A stretch of 64,000 nt of DNA from Octopus sinensis. Taxonomy: Eukaryota. Both the position numbers and the translations under genes were made by a program. Location: contig NC_043017.1 of NCBI RefSeq assembly GCF_006345805.1, forward strand, positions 5,022,001-5,086,000, in the 5' to 3' direction. The notes beneath the pieces are model-generated. The model saw only the letters and a list, made by a program, of their open reading frames with translations, did not search any database and was not told where the DNA came from. Position 1 is the first letter of the stretch; every line of letters starts with the position of its first letter. This document shows, in pieces, positions 13,545-24,944 of this stretch.

Positions 13545-13750
13545 CTAATGTAACCACGTGTGTGTATCGTTGGCGATTTTCTTCCTCTGTCTTCCTTTCC
13601 TTTGGACTTTCCTCTATTTCTGACAAAGAGCTTGGCTCGAAACATTCAATCCTCTTTCCTTCCTTTCCTGAGTCTCTGATAATACAGTACTTGTACCATG
13701 TCCTCGCATCATTGTTTTTTCTTGTTTGTTCTTCTTTGTTTGGATTCACT
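13545..13750 (+). mobile_element. Penelope-like remnant with decayed hammerhead motif
   Basis: CTGACAA-A-GAGC-TTG-GCTC-GAAACATT at 13620-13646 equals CTGACGA...GAAACGTT with two CpG transitions. Confidence 0.5.
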
Positions 13751-13799
13751 ATCTATCTACCTATCTATCTGTCTGTTATATATATATATATATATATAT

Positions 13800-13992
13800 G
13801 ATAAACCGTTAGCTCCTACACGCATTTTTTTCTCTCCTTGTTTCTTTTCTGTGTATCTTTCTGTCGAAGAGCGTAGGCTCGAAACGTAAAAGACTTGTTC
13901 TATTTCTATTCCTGAGCGCCATACTAACACATTTGTTTGTTTGTACTCCACCTGCCTTCGTCTTTTGTTTATTTTCGTAAACCTTCCCGTTA
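13800..13992 (+). mobile_element. Penelope-like short element with minimal hammerhead-like fold
   Basis: TCTTT-CTGTCGA-A-GAGC-GTAG-GCTC-GAAA-CGTA-AAAGA (13856-13893), flanked by (TA)n. A second copy lies at 25860-26000. Confidence 0.65.
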
Positions 13993-14029
13993 TATATATA
14001 TATACATGTGTATGTGTGTGTGCAGATGA

Positions 14030-14405
14030 GCATGGCTGTGTAGTAAGAAGCTTGCTTCTCAACCACATGGTTCTGGGTTCAGTCCCACTGCGTGACAGCT
14101 TGGGCAAGTGTTTCCTACTATAGCCTCGGGCCAACCAAAGCCTTGTGAGGGGATTTGGCATAAGGAAACTGAAAGAAGCCCATGGTATATATGTGTGTTT
14201 TTCTGCCTGCATTTGCCCCCCCCCCCCTAACATCACTTCTTGGCAACTGATGTTGGTATGTTTATGTCCCTGTAACTTAGTGATCTGGCTAATAGAATAA
14301 GTATTTAAAAAAAAAAATTTGTGGGGTTGATTCATTTGACTGAAACTATTAAAGGCAGTGCTCCAGCATGGTCACAGTCAAATGAGTGAAACAAGTAAAA
14401 GAATA
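14030..14405 (+). mobile_element. SINE family A
   Basis: Head, middle and 3' body all present. Confidence 0.85.
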
Positions 14406-14788
14406 GAAGAATATAGATTAGTTATAGGATTCAGTAGAATCCAGGCACATCAATGAGTAAGCTGTCAGAAATGGCTAGGTACAATAACGTAGGGTCCATG
14501 ATTGAGTAAAACGACCATAAATGTATTGGATGTTGGTAGGATACTGTAGATATGTAAGTACTAAATCCAGTGGAACCATAGAACCAAATCAGGGTGGTTT
14601 CTCAGTTAGGAGTAGGTATAAAAAGAACACAAATGGAGTTTAAACCACATTTGTGTTCTTTATATGTATATATGTGTGTGTGTGTGTGTGTGTATGCATA
14701 TGTACATGTGTGTATATATATATATATGTATAGATGTGTGTGTATGTGTGTAAATATATGTATATGCATGTGTCTCCATGTGTATATA

Positions 14789-14831
<43 letters not shown>

Positions 14832-15756
14832 GTGTATGTGTGTGTATATATGTATGTACATTCACATATGCATATACTCGCATATATGAACTACATACAC
14901 ACATACTCACATTCATTTGACACAGTTCTATACACACATGCACACATGTATACACACGTACACACACACACACACCACACCCACACATTCTTTAGAAACA
15001 CCTCCACGTACCTAAACTTCATTCGCATGATACGCTACATGGTTTTAAACAAATTGCATTTAATGGGTGGGGGAGGGAGGCTGGATGAGGGGGTGGTGAA
15101 TGATGATGAAAGTGGGGTGGGGCGGGGTGGGTGGGGATGAGGATGAAAGTGGGGTGGGGTGAATGAGGATGAAAGTAGGGTGAGCTGATGGATAATGTAG
15201 TAAATGATGATAATGATGATAAGGGTGGTGTAAAAAAAGCCTGTTCTATATCACCACCATATTTTGTCCTCTAATCTAAGAACAGATGTTATATCTACCT
15301 GATATATATATGTATATATATATATATATATATATAAAATACATATACATACATACAGGATGGCCCCAAAATAGGTTTACTTGTTTTGGTCATACAGTTT
15401 TATATATATATACAACATATATATATATATATATTATATATATGTATGTATATGTATAAATTTGAATAGGGGTTGTGTTAACCTCATCAAGGATGGTTTC
15501 ATCCAAGGAAATACTGGTTCAATACTAGTATTTTGAGGGTAATTATTTCTTTAAAATAATAGGTGTATTATATAAAAACATATAATTTATATTCATATAA
15601 AGAAGAAAAAGAAAATTGAGATTGGGAAGTTATAATTGTTAATTATTAACAGCTAATAATTATCTTCCCTTACAGGTGATGATTTATTTGCTGCTCATAA
15701 TAAAGATTATTAACTTCCCAATTCAATTCTCTTAGTTCATATGAATAAAAACTATA

Positions 15757-15987
15757 TAGGGTTGGCCAAAAGTCACCGGACAGTAAATCAAATTCCATAA
15801 ATATTTAAAATTCAATTTATTTATTCATTCTAATTATGAATGTTTAATATTGAATGCTGTGAGGTTAAATTGCCTTTTTTTTTTCACCATTTGTTTATCG
15901 ATTAGCGAAGTCTCATAAGATATTTTTTGCTCTAATCTTGGAATTAAATGGCTTTGATTTACTGTCAGGTGACTTTTGGCTAACCTG
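15757..15987. mobile_element. Tc1/mariner-type MITE (copy 1)
   Basis: TIRs TAGGGTTGGCCAAAAGTCACCGGACAGTAAATCAAA / TTTGATTTACTGTCAGGTGACTTTTGGCTAACCTG, TA on both flanks. Confidence 0.85.
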
Positions 15988-16410
15988 TATATGAATATAT
16001 ATATCTATATATATATATATATATATATATAAATATATATATATGGGTGTGTGTGTATGTATAGTATTATATAGACAGAAAGAAAGAAACATACACACAC
16101 AAATAAAGTCACATAGTGCATTAATAATACAAAATACTCAGGGGGTAATACATAGTTATTTAACTCCACACACACACACACACATAATATATGCATGATC
16201 AAAGAATCTCCAAGTGGTAAAGTGGTTGGTGTAGATCTGTATCAGCGAAACTTATGTAGTACAATCAATAAAAAGAGTGCCTGTGAACTTGCTGTGAGGA
16301 GGAGTGGAACCCAATGATTCAGACAGGTCCTCTTTAGGAAAATGTTTTAAAGGAGAGAAATGAATGAAAGACAGCAAAGTTTTACACATTCTAGATGTAT
16401 GTGTGTGTGT

Positions 16411-16446
<36 letters not shown>

Positions 16447-16536
16447 GCATGTACATGTGTGTATATATATATATGTATGATGTGTGTATGTGTGTAAATA
16501 TATGTATATGCATGTGTCTCCATGTGTATATATGTG

Positions 16537-16572
<36 letters not shown>

Positions 16573-17009
16573 GTGTTGTTGTGTATATATGTATGTACAT
16601 TCACATATGCATATACTCGCATATATGAACTACATACACACATACTCACATTCATTTGACACAGTTCTATACACACATGCACACATGTATACACACGTAC
16701 ACACACACACACACACACACACACATTCTTTAGAAACACCTCCACGTACCTAAACTTCATTCGCATGATACGCTACATGGTTTTACAACAAATTGCATTT
16801 AATGGGTGGGGGAGGGAGGCTGGATGAGGGGGTGGTGAATGATGATGAAAGTGGGGTGGGGCGGGGTGGGGTGAATGAGGATGAAAGTAGGGTGAGCTGA
16901 TGATAATGTAGTAAATGATGATAATGATGATAAGGGTGGTGTAAAAAAAGCCTGTTCTATATCACCACCATATTTTGTCCTCTAATCTAAGAACAGATGT
17001 TATATCTAC

Positions 17010-17052
<43 letters not shown>

Positions 17053-17299
17053 CATATACATACATACAGGATGGCCCCAAAATAGGTTTACTTGTTTTGG
17101 TCATACAGTTATATATATATACATACATATATATATATATATATATATGTATGTATATGTATAAATTTGAATAGGGGTTGTGTTAACCTCATCAAGGGAT
17201 GGTTTCATCCAAGGAAATACTGGTTCAATACCTAGTATTTTGAGGGTAATTTATTTCTTTAAAATAATAGGTGTATATATAAAAACATATAATTTATAT

Positions 17300-17457
17300 T
17301 CATATAAAAGAAGAAAAAGAAAATTGAGATTGGGAAGTTAATAATTGTTAATTATTAACAGCTAATTAATTATCTTCCCTTACAGGTGATGATTTATTTG
17401 CTGTTCATAATAAATAATTATTAACTTCCCAATCTCAATTCTCTTAGTTCATATGAA
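17300..17457. repeat. AT-rich foldback element (also at about 15600-15745; related to 60790-61050)
   Basis: Perfect 25-bp inverted repeat AATTGAGATTGGGAAGTTAATAATT (17322-17346) / 17416-17440. Confidence 0.75.
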
Positions 17458-17468
17458 TAAAAACTATA

Positions 17469-17706
17469 TAGGGTTGGCCAAAAGTCACCGGACAGTAAAT
17501 CAAAATTCCATAAATATTTAAAATTCAATTTTATTTATTCATTCTAATTATGAATGTTTAATAATTGAATGCTGTGAGTTAAAATTGCCTTTTTTTTTTC
17601 ACCATTTGTTTATCGATTAGCGAAGTCTCATATAGAATAATTTTTTGCTCTAATCTTGGAATTAAATGGCTTTGATTTACTGTCAGGTGACTTTTGGCTA
17701 ACCCTG
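17469..17706. mobile_element. Tc1/mariner-type MITE (copy 2, within the duplication)
   Basis: Same TIRs as 15757-15987, TA flanks. Confidence 0.85.
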
Positions 17707-17710
17707 TATA

Positions 17711-17754
<44 letters not shown>

Positions 17755-18184
17755 TATATATAGTGTGTGTGTGTATTATATGTATATATAGACAGAAAGA
17801 AAGAAACATACACACACAAATAAAGTCACATAGTGCATTAATAATACAAAATACTCAGGGGGTAATACATAGTTATTTAACTCCACACACACACACACAC
17901 ATATATATATGCATGATCAAAGAATCTCCAAAGTGGTTGGTGTAGATCTGTATCAGCGAAACTTATGTAGTACAATCAATAAAAAGAGTGCTGTGAACTT
18001 GCTGTGAGGAGGAGTGGAAAACCCAATGATTCAGACAGTGTCCTTCTTTAGGAAAATGTTTTAAAGGAGAGAAATGAATGAAAGACAGCAAAGTTTTACA
18101 CATTCTAGATGTATATGTGTGTGTGTGTGTGTGTGTGTTCCTTGCCTCTGCTTGGCAACCTGTGTCATTTTTTTTTTTTGTTTT

Positions 18185-18700
18185 AGTCAATACTTGTTTC
18201 GGTTATTAGACTGCAGTCCTGTTGGGGCACTGCCTTGAAGGGTTTTCCTCGAACAAATCACTCCAGGACTTATTATTTAAAGCCTGGTACCTATTCTGTT
18301 GGTCTCTTTTGCCAAACCACTAAGTTATGGGTACATAAATGTACCAGCACTGGTTGTCAAGTTCTGGTGGGGGACGAACATATATACAAAGACACCCACA
18401 CACATATATACGATGGGCTTCTTTCAGTTTCCTTCTATCAAATCCACTCATTTAGAAGACATTTACCCACAGTGCCATGCAGTGGGACTGAACACAGAAT
18501 CATATAGTTGAGAAGCAAGCTTCTTACCACACAGCCTTTACATCCCTGTAACTTAACAGTTCAGCAAAAGAGATTGATAGAATAAGTACCTGATCTAAAA
18601 AAAAAAAAGTTATAGGATTTGACTTGGACTGAATATTGCCTAAATACTGACTAAATCTGCCCCAGCAGAGCATTTAGTCCAAAGACGGAAACAAGAAAAA
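18185..18700. mobile_element. SINE family A (-) followed by a 3' body fragment (+)
   Basis: Matches to the family A body and head. Confidence 0.7.
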
Positions 18701-19174
18701 TAAAAAAATTTTGTGGGCCAATCACAATCAACAGGATCTGTATGTCAGTAAGACACTCTCAAAATATCTCGCTTAAGTGTGTGGAAGTGCGAAAAACTTG
18801 TTTACGTTTCTCTTCTTGTCCTCCCAAATTTCCAAGACTATATTGGTCGTTACAAATACTTATAAACCGCTCTATTTGATTGTTAAACTATAACAAGATT
18901 AGGTCACCATATATCTCAAGTGGGCTTGTATCGTGACCCAATGGCTATACTCATGTCTGATCTGATATTTTCAGGATGTTTAAAATGGAATCTGAATAGT
19001 TTATAAACAAAAATATTTGGTCAAATCTGTGGAGTTTTCATTTATTACATTTTGTGACAATCCCTAAACTTCAAATGTGACAAGTGTAAAGCGTTAGTAA
19101 ATTTAATATACACAAACATATACAAGTATATATAGATGTGTGTGTGTATTTTTACATACATACATACATACATG

Positions 19175-19440
19175 ATAGTTGCCCCCTCGTTATCGAGTAT
19201 GGCCATTGCATGAAGCTTAACTGTTATTGGTGCTGTGATTGAATGTGATTTAGCCAGCTAAAGATCTACAATGTCTTGTACAGAATTGGCAACTAAAACC
19301 TTTACCGGTAAAAGCCGGCTGTAGTTGTAACTGGGCTTCATGTACCTTTGCATGTCGTTTCAGTCCTCCTGCCGAATAAACTCTCTTCCCATGCCCGACA
19401 GATATGATTAGTATGGTGTGTTCCACCACCATACCATGGC
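19175..19440 (-). mobile_element. Decayed twin C2H2-finger C-terminus, probably the 3' end of an RTE-type LINE
   Basis: With frameshifts it reads HICRA-GKRVYSAGGLKRHAKVH...GFSCQFCTRHCRSLAG(L)KSH...AMAILDNEG, followed by a (TGTA)n tail. Confidence 0.55.
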
Positions 19441-19529
19441 CATACATACATACATATGTGTGTTAATTAAAACAAGACAACAAAACCAATGCTGTGGGAA
19501 ATTTCTAGGACATTTATAAAGAGAAAGGT

Positions 19530-19580
19530 AGCCTTACAGCTGTTTCTGGGATATTAGGGATATCCCTTCATCAGAGCCGA
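19530..19580 (-). ncRNA. Minimal type I hammerhead ribozyme motif (Penelope-like)
   Basis: GGCT-CTGATGA-A-GGGATAT-CCCTA-ATATCCC-A-GAAAC-AGCT-GTA-AGGC: canonical core, 7-bp stem II, palindromic stem III loop, GUA site. Stem I is imperfect. Confidence 0.6.
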
Positions 19581-19835
19581 TATGAGGGAGAGTTAACTAG
19601 AGGGAAATAGCAGAGTTTAATATAAAAAGTTATTTTGGAAAAGGAGAGAGATATAGGAAGTATAGAGGGTTGGCTTTGTTTTTCTCATTTTATTTAACAT
19701 ATACATGCTCACTCATAACCAGCATTAAACTTCTCACTCATACTATTATTACCAAACCAGAAGTCTAACTACAGTCCTTCTGTAGTAGTTACATAGCCTT
19801 GCCTGCCATTTTGGGTCTTCTGGATACACCAAAAC

Positions 19836-19875
<40 letters not shown>

Positions 19876-19909
<34 letters not shown>

Positions 19910-20290
19910 TTAACGCCCGCTTTCCATGGTAGGATGATTTGACTGAGGACTGGCGAACCAGATGGCTGCACCAGGCTTCAATCTGATCTGGCAGCGCTTC
20001 TACAACTGGATGCCCTTCCTAACACCAACCACTCTGAGAGTATAGTGGGTGCTTTTAGGTGCCACTGGTATGAGGGCCAGTCAGGTGGTACTGGCAACAG
20101 CCACGCTCAAATGGTGTTTTTTTTTACGTGCCACCGGAACAAGTGCCAGTAAGGCAATGCTGGTAACGATCACACTCAAATGGTGCTTTTTACATGCCAC
20201 CGACACAGGAGCCAGTCCAGCGACACTGGCAATGACCTCGCTCAAATGTTTTTTGACATGCCAGTAAGGCGATGCTGGTAACAGTGGTTC
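19876..20290 (-). mobile_element. LINE 3' UTR family D
   Basis: (CAT)n tail plus the family D block and internal sub-repeats. Confidence 0.75.
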
Positions 20291-20414
20291 CAGAAATTCT
20301 GAGCCTGAAACCACACAGCCACTCTTGTATTTAAATAGATATTCCACAAAGTAAATTTTGAACGTAGTATAGTTGTGTGTGTGTGGGTGTGTATGTATGT
20401 ATGTAATAATCCTT

Positions 20415-20850
20415 TCTACTATAGGCAAGGCCTGAAATTTGCAGGGAGGAGGCCAGTTGATTAGATCAACCCTACTACATAACTGGTATTTAATTTATTG
20501 ACCCCACCCCCAAAAAGGACAAAAATCAAAGTCAACCATAGCAGAATTTGAACTCAGAACATAACGACGGACGAAATATACTGCTAAGCATTTCGTCCAC
20601 TGTGCTAACGATTCTGCCAGCTTGGCCTAAATTAACAGTAATGACCCTTTCTGCTATGGGCTCAAGGCCTGGAATTCGTAAGGAGTGGCTAGTTGATGAC
20701 ATTAGAACCTCAGTGGTCAACTGATATTTATTTTATCATCCTGAAAGAATGAACAACAAAGTTGACCTCACAGGAATTTTAACCCAGGACATAAAAACAG
20801 GTTCGAGGCCATAAAGTATTTTGTCCAATGTACCAAGTATTCTGCCAGTT
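20415..20850 (-). mobile_element. Two tandem SINE family B copies
   Basis: Reverse complement of GCTGGCAGAATCGTTAGC...TTCTGAGTTCAAATTC...GACTTTG. Confidence 0.75.
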
Positions 20851-20920
20851 CATGACCTTAATATAAGGATATAACGTTCATTTTAAAGTGTTACTTCTTT
20901 TGGAAGATATCCTTGATCTT

Positions 20921-21409
20921 TACATTATTTACATTTGACAGATATTTGTCCTCGCTTGTTTGTTGTTAATACAACGTTTCGTCTGATATACCCTCCAGCC
21001 TTCATCAGGTGTTGGGAGAAATTTCAGACCTGGGTTCTAATTCCTAAGGTATTTTTCGATCTTCTTCTTCTTCCTTCTTCTTCTTCTTCTTCTTCTTCTT
21101 CTCTCTTCTTCTTTTCTCTTCTCTTCTTCTTCTTCTTCTTCTTCTTCTTCTTCTTCTTCTTCTTCTTCTTCTTCTCTTCTTCTTTATTATATATTATTCT
21201 TCCTCCTCCTCCTATCCTCATCATCATCATCATTTGGGTCACTGTCTGGAATCGAATTCGGAATTTGGGGTAGTAGTAGCCCCAAGACACCTGAAGAAGG
21301 CTGGAGAGTATATCAGCCGAAATGTTGCGTTAACAACAAACAAGATGAGGACAAATATCCGTCAAATGTAAATAATGTACATAATTCCTCATCTCTTAAA
21401 TATAGAACT
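20921..21409. mobile_element. Penelope-like element with inverted pseudo-LTRs, each carrying a hammerhead motif
   Basis: About 92-bp inverted arms (20921-21012 / 21287-21379) around a (CTT)n-containing spacer. Their consensus is AACAC-CTGATGA-A-GGCTG..CAGCC-GAAACGTT-GTGTT. Confidence 0.75.
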
Positions 21410-21550
21410 TAGCAGTTTGGCAAAAGAGACCGATAGAATAAGTACTAGGCTTACAAAGAAAATAAGTCCTGGGGTCGATTTGCTCGACTGAAGGCGGTGC
21501 TCCAGCATGGCCACAGTCAAATGACTGAAACAAGTAAAAGTGTAAAAGAG
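21407..21550 (+). mobile_element. SINE family A 3' body fragment
   Basis: CTTAGCAGTTTGGCAAAAGAGACCGATAGAATAAGTAC...GAAACAAGTAAAAG. Confidence 0.8.
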
Positions 21551-21980
21551 TAGTAGCACTAGTAATAGTAGCGGTTGTAGTAGTAGTAGCGGTAGTAGTA
21601 GTGGTATTAGTGGTGGTGGTGATGGTGGTGGTATTTCCCTTGTATATGAATACTTTCTGAAGTTGTTTCAATAATTCTTTCGCAAGACACAAGAAATAAT
21701 AAACGAAGTTTAAGGATTGTCATGAACAATAATAAACAAAAGCCGCACAATCTATAAATTTGTTGAATGTGCTAGAAATATGTTCGCGCATTCATCAATA
21801 TATTGATAAATGATTTATAACGTACATAATAAATATTGATTAGTAATATAAATTCAATAAATGTTGATTACGCAGTCAACATATTTATACCATCACTGGT
21901 CAGAGTGATGATGATGGTGATGATGGTAATTATTACTGGCCTTGTGGCTAAATTAGAAACTGTAATTATTATTATTATTG

Positions 21981-22026
<46 letters not shown>

Positions 22027-22037
22027 TATTATTGTTA

Positions 22038-22077
<40 letters not shown>

Positions 22078-22096
22078 CATCATCATTATTGTTATT

Positions 22097-22330
22097 AAGT
22101 GGTGAGCTGGCAGAATCGTTAGCACACTGGACAAATTCCACTAAGCATTTCGTTCGTCATTACGTTCTGAGTTCAAATTCTGCCAAGGTCGATTTTGACT
22201 TTCATTCTCTATTTTTTTTGTGGGAGTGGGGCGGTCAATAAATTAAGTACCAGTGAAACACTGGGGTTGCTGTAATCGACTTAACTCTTCCCACAAAGTT
22301 TCAGTCCCTCTGCTTTTAGTAGAAAGGATT
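22097..22330 (+). mobile_element. SINE family B
   Basis: GTGGTGAGCTGGCAGAATCGTTAGCAC head, flanked by (ATT)n. Confidence 0.8.
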
Positions 22331-22539
22331 ATTATTATTATTATTATTACTATTATTATTGTCAAAATTAAAAGAAGAGTGCCATTGTTATCTAGTAAAC
22401 GTTATTTCGACATCTTGTGTGTCTTCAATGAAGTAGATTGACAAATTTATATTTTGAACCACGTTCACTAGATAACAGTGGCACTCTTCTTTTAATTTTG
22501 ACTCTATATCTTCAGGAGGAGTTACCTCAATCCTTTCTA

Positions 22540-22573
<34 letters not shown>

Positions 22574-22599
22574 TTATTATTATTATTATTATTATTCTC

Positions 22600-22752
22600 A
22601 TTGTCTTTGCTTGGAACTGCTTTAATAATACTCCGGAAGGTGCTCGAAAAATAAGCAGTTTTACCTTAGTTCACTGGTAGTGAACAGCTGACACTGTAGT
22701 ACATCTTCAGCATTAGAAGCTGTGCAAAGGCAATAATAATAATAATAATAAT
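22600..22752 (+). mobile_element. Very short 5'-truncated R4/Dong-like LINE end
   Basis: LLGTA..LRKVLE end plus 3' UTR TTACCTTAGTTCACTGGT...AGAAGCTGTGCAAAG and an (AAT)n tail, homologous to 32790-32920. Confidence 0.7.
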
Positions 22753-22764
22753 TAAAAAAATAAT

Positions 22765-22885
22765 AAGTGTTAGCAACAAAGAAGATGAGGATAAATATCT
22801 GTCAAATGTAAATAATGTAAATAATGTAAATAATGTAAATAATGTAAATAATGTACATAATTCCTCATCTTAAATATAGAACTGT
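22765..22885 (+). mobile_element. 3' fragment of the Penelope-like pseudo-LTR seen at 21287-21409
   Basis: AACAAAGAAGATGAGGATAAATATCTGTCAAATGT followed by about five tandem AAATAATGT units and ACATAATTCCTCATC. Confidence 0.75.
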
Positions 22886-23179
22886 ACTATATAGTCTGTT
22901 TACTAACACAATGGATGTACGGTAGTGTATTATAGGTTGTGGCAGAATGATAGTCACACTTCTGGGTGTAGATCTTGATATATATAAGCTTCAGAATGAA
23001 GAGTTATTCATGTACAGAGTAGTAATAAGAAAATGACATGACAAAGGAATAACCGATTATCTTATGAACTTCATTAGCTTGTAGCTATGAGTCCACAGCA
23101 TCTGATAGCAGAAACAACTGTAAGCCAATGCAGTTCATAAGCATGTATTCCTTTGTCATCTTATTTTCTTATATATATA

Positions 23180-23720
23180 TATATATGTATGTATATACAT
23201 ACACGCATATATTTGTATATACACACACACATGTACATATGTATATATACACACATATACATATGTATACAAACATATATACATATGTATATACACACAC
23301 ATGTACATATGTATACACATATTTGTATATACACACACATGTACATATGTATATACACACACATGTACATATGTATACAAACATATATACATAATGTATA
23401 TACACACACACTTACGATGTATATACACACACATGTACATATGTATATACACACACATATACATATGTATACAACAAATATATACATATGTATATACACA
23501 CACATGTACATATGTATACACATATTTGTATATACACACACATGTACATATGTATATACACACACATGTACTATGTATACAAACATATATACATATGTAT
23601 ATACACACACATGTACATATGTATATACACACACATGTACATATGTATATACACACACATATGCATATGTATATATACACACATATATGTATATATATAT
23701 GTAATATACACACACATGTT
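23180..23720. repeat. 24-bp minisatellite (GTACATATGTATATACACACACAT)
   Basis: Direct reading. Confidence 0.85.
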
Positions 23721-23841
23721 TAAATATATACATACACACATATATAGGAATACACACACATTTATAGGTGAACACACGCATAAATTCATAAACATACATT
23801 CATATACATGTATATAAATGCATGCACACATATAAAACTCA

Positions 23842-23881
<40 letters not shown>

Positions 23882-24944
23882 ATAAAAACAGATAAGAGAG
23901 AGAGAGGCTGAAGTAGGTAAGCCATATGTGACTTGGTGTTTTGTGTCAGAATGTATTTCTATGTCTGTATTGTTCCGACGTATTGAAGCATGGACGAATT
24001 ACATAATCTTCTGATAACAAAGTGATCTGAAGAACACAGAAGACTTTTTGTTGGTGAGTGAGAGGCCGAGGAATGGAAAACTGGTGGTGGTGCAGGTGGT
24101 GGTGATGGGATATATATATTTAGCACATCTGTGTGTGTGTGTGTGTGTGTGGGTGTGTGTGTGTGTGTGTGTATATAGATCTATACACATTTACATCTAT
24201 ATATAAACTTAGACTTGTGTGAGAAAGTATAGGTTTTATGTATATATATGTGTGTGGTGTGTGTGTGTCTGTGTCTGTGTGTATATATACATACATATAT
24301 ATAGGTAAGTATATATCATATGAATATCTGTAGATAAATGTATATGTATATGTCTATATATGTATGTCTGTGTATATAAATATGTATTTGCAAATCTATG
24401 TACATCATCTAAGTATATATATATATATATATAAGTATATATGTGAATATATATGTAAGAATATTTGTGAATATATGAATATTTGTAGATAAATATCTGT
24501 ATATATGTGTATATATGTCTGTGCATATAATATGTATTTGAGTATGTATATTTTCTATCTATCTGTCTATCTATCTATGTATATATATATATATATATAT
24601 CTATGTATATATATGTATAAAGAGAGGGCAAGAAAGAGAGGTGTTGGTTACTTCTTTTCCTTCCATTCTTTGAAGGCAGCATTTAAATGTAAATTAAACT
24701 CCGTCTGTTTTTCCAACTTATTATTCTGTGGAACTTTAACCGTTTTGAACATGTATCACTTCGAATCTAACTTTCTGCTGGCCACTGGTTCTATTTTGGC
24801 TCATCATCATCATCATCATTACAGCCATCATCAGTACCACCACAACCACCACCACCCCCCATCACCACCTCCACTACCATTACCATCACCATCCATCACC
24901 ATATAGCAGCTATAGAACATGGATCATCATGGTACATGGTATTG

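Larger units (their letters stand above)
14672..18137. repeat. Tandem duplication of about 1.73 kb (copy 1 about 14672-16399, copy 2 about 16400-18137)
   Basis: Colinear near-identity, e.g. ...CAGCAAAGTTTTACACATTCTAGATGTAT at both copy ends. The junctions lie in (TG)n tracts. Confidence 0.95.
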
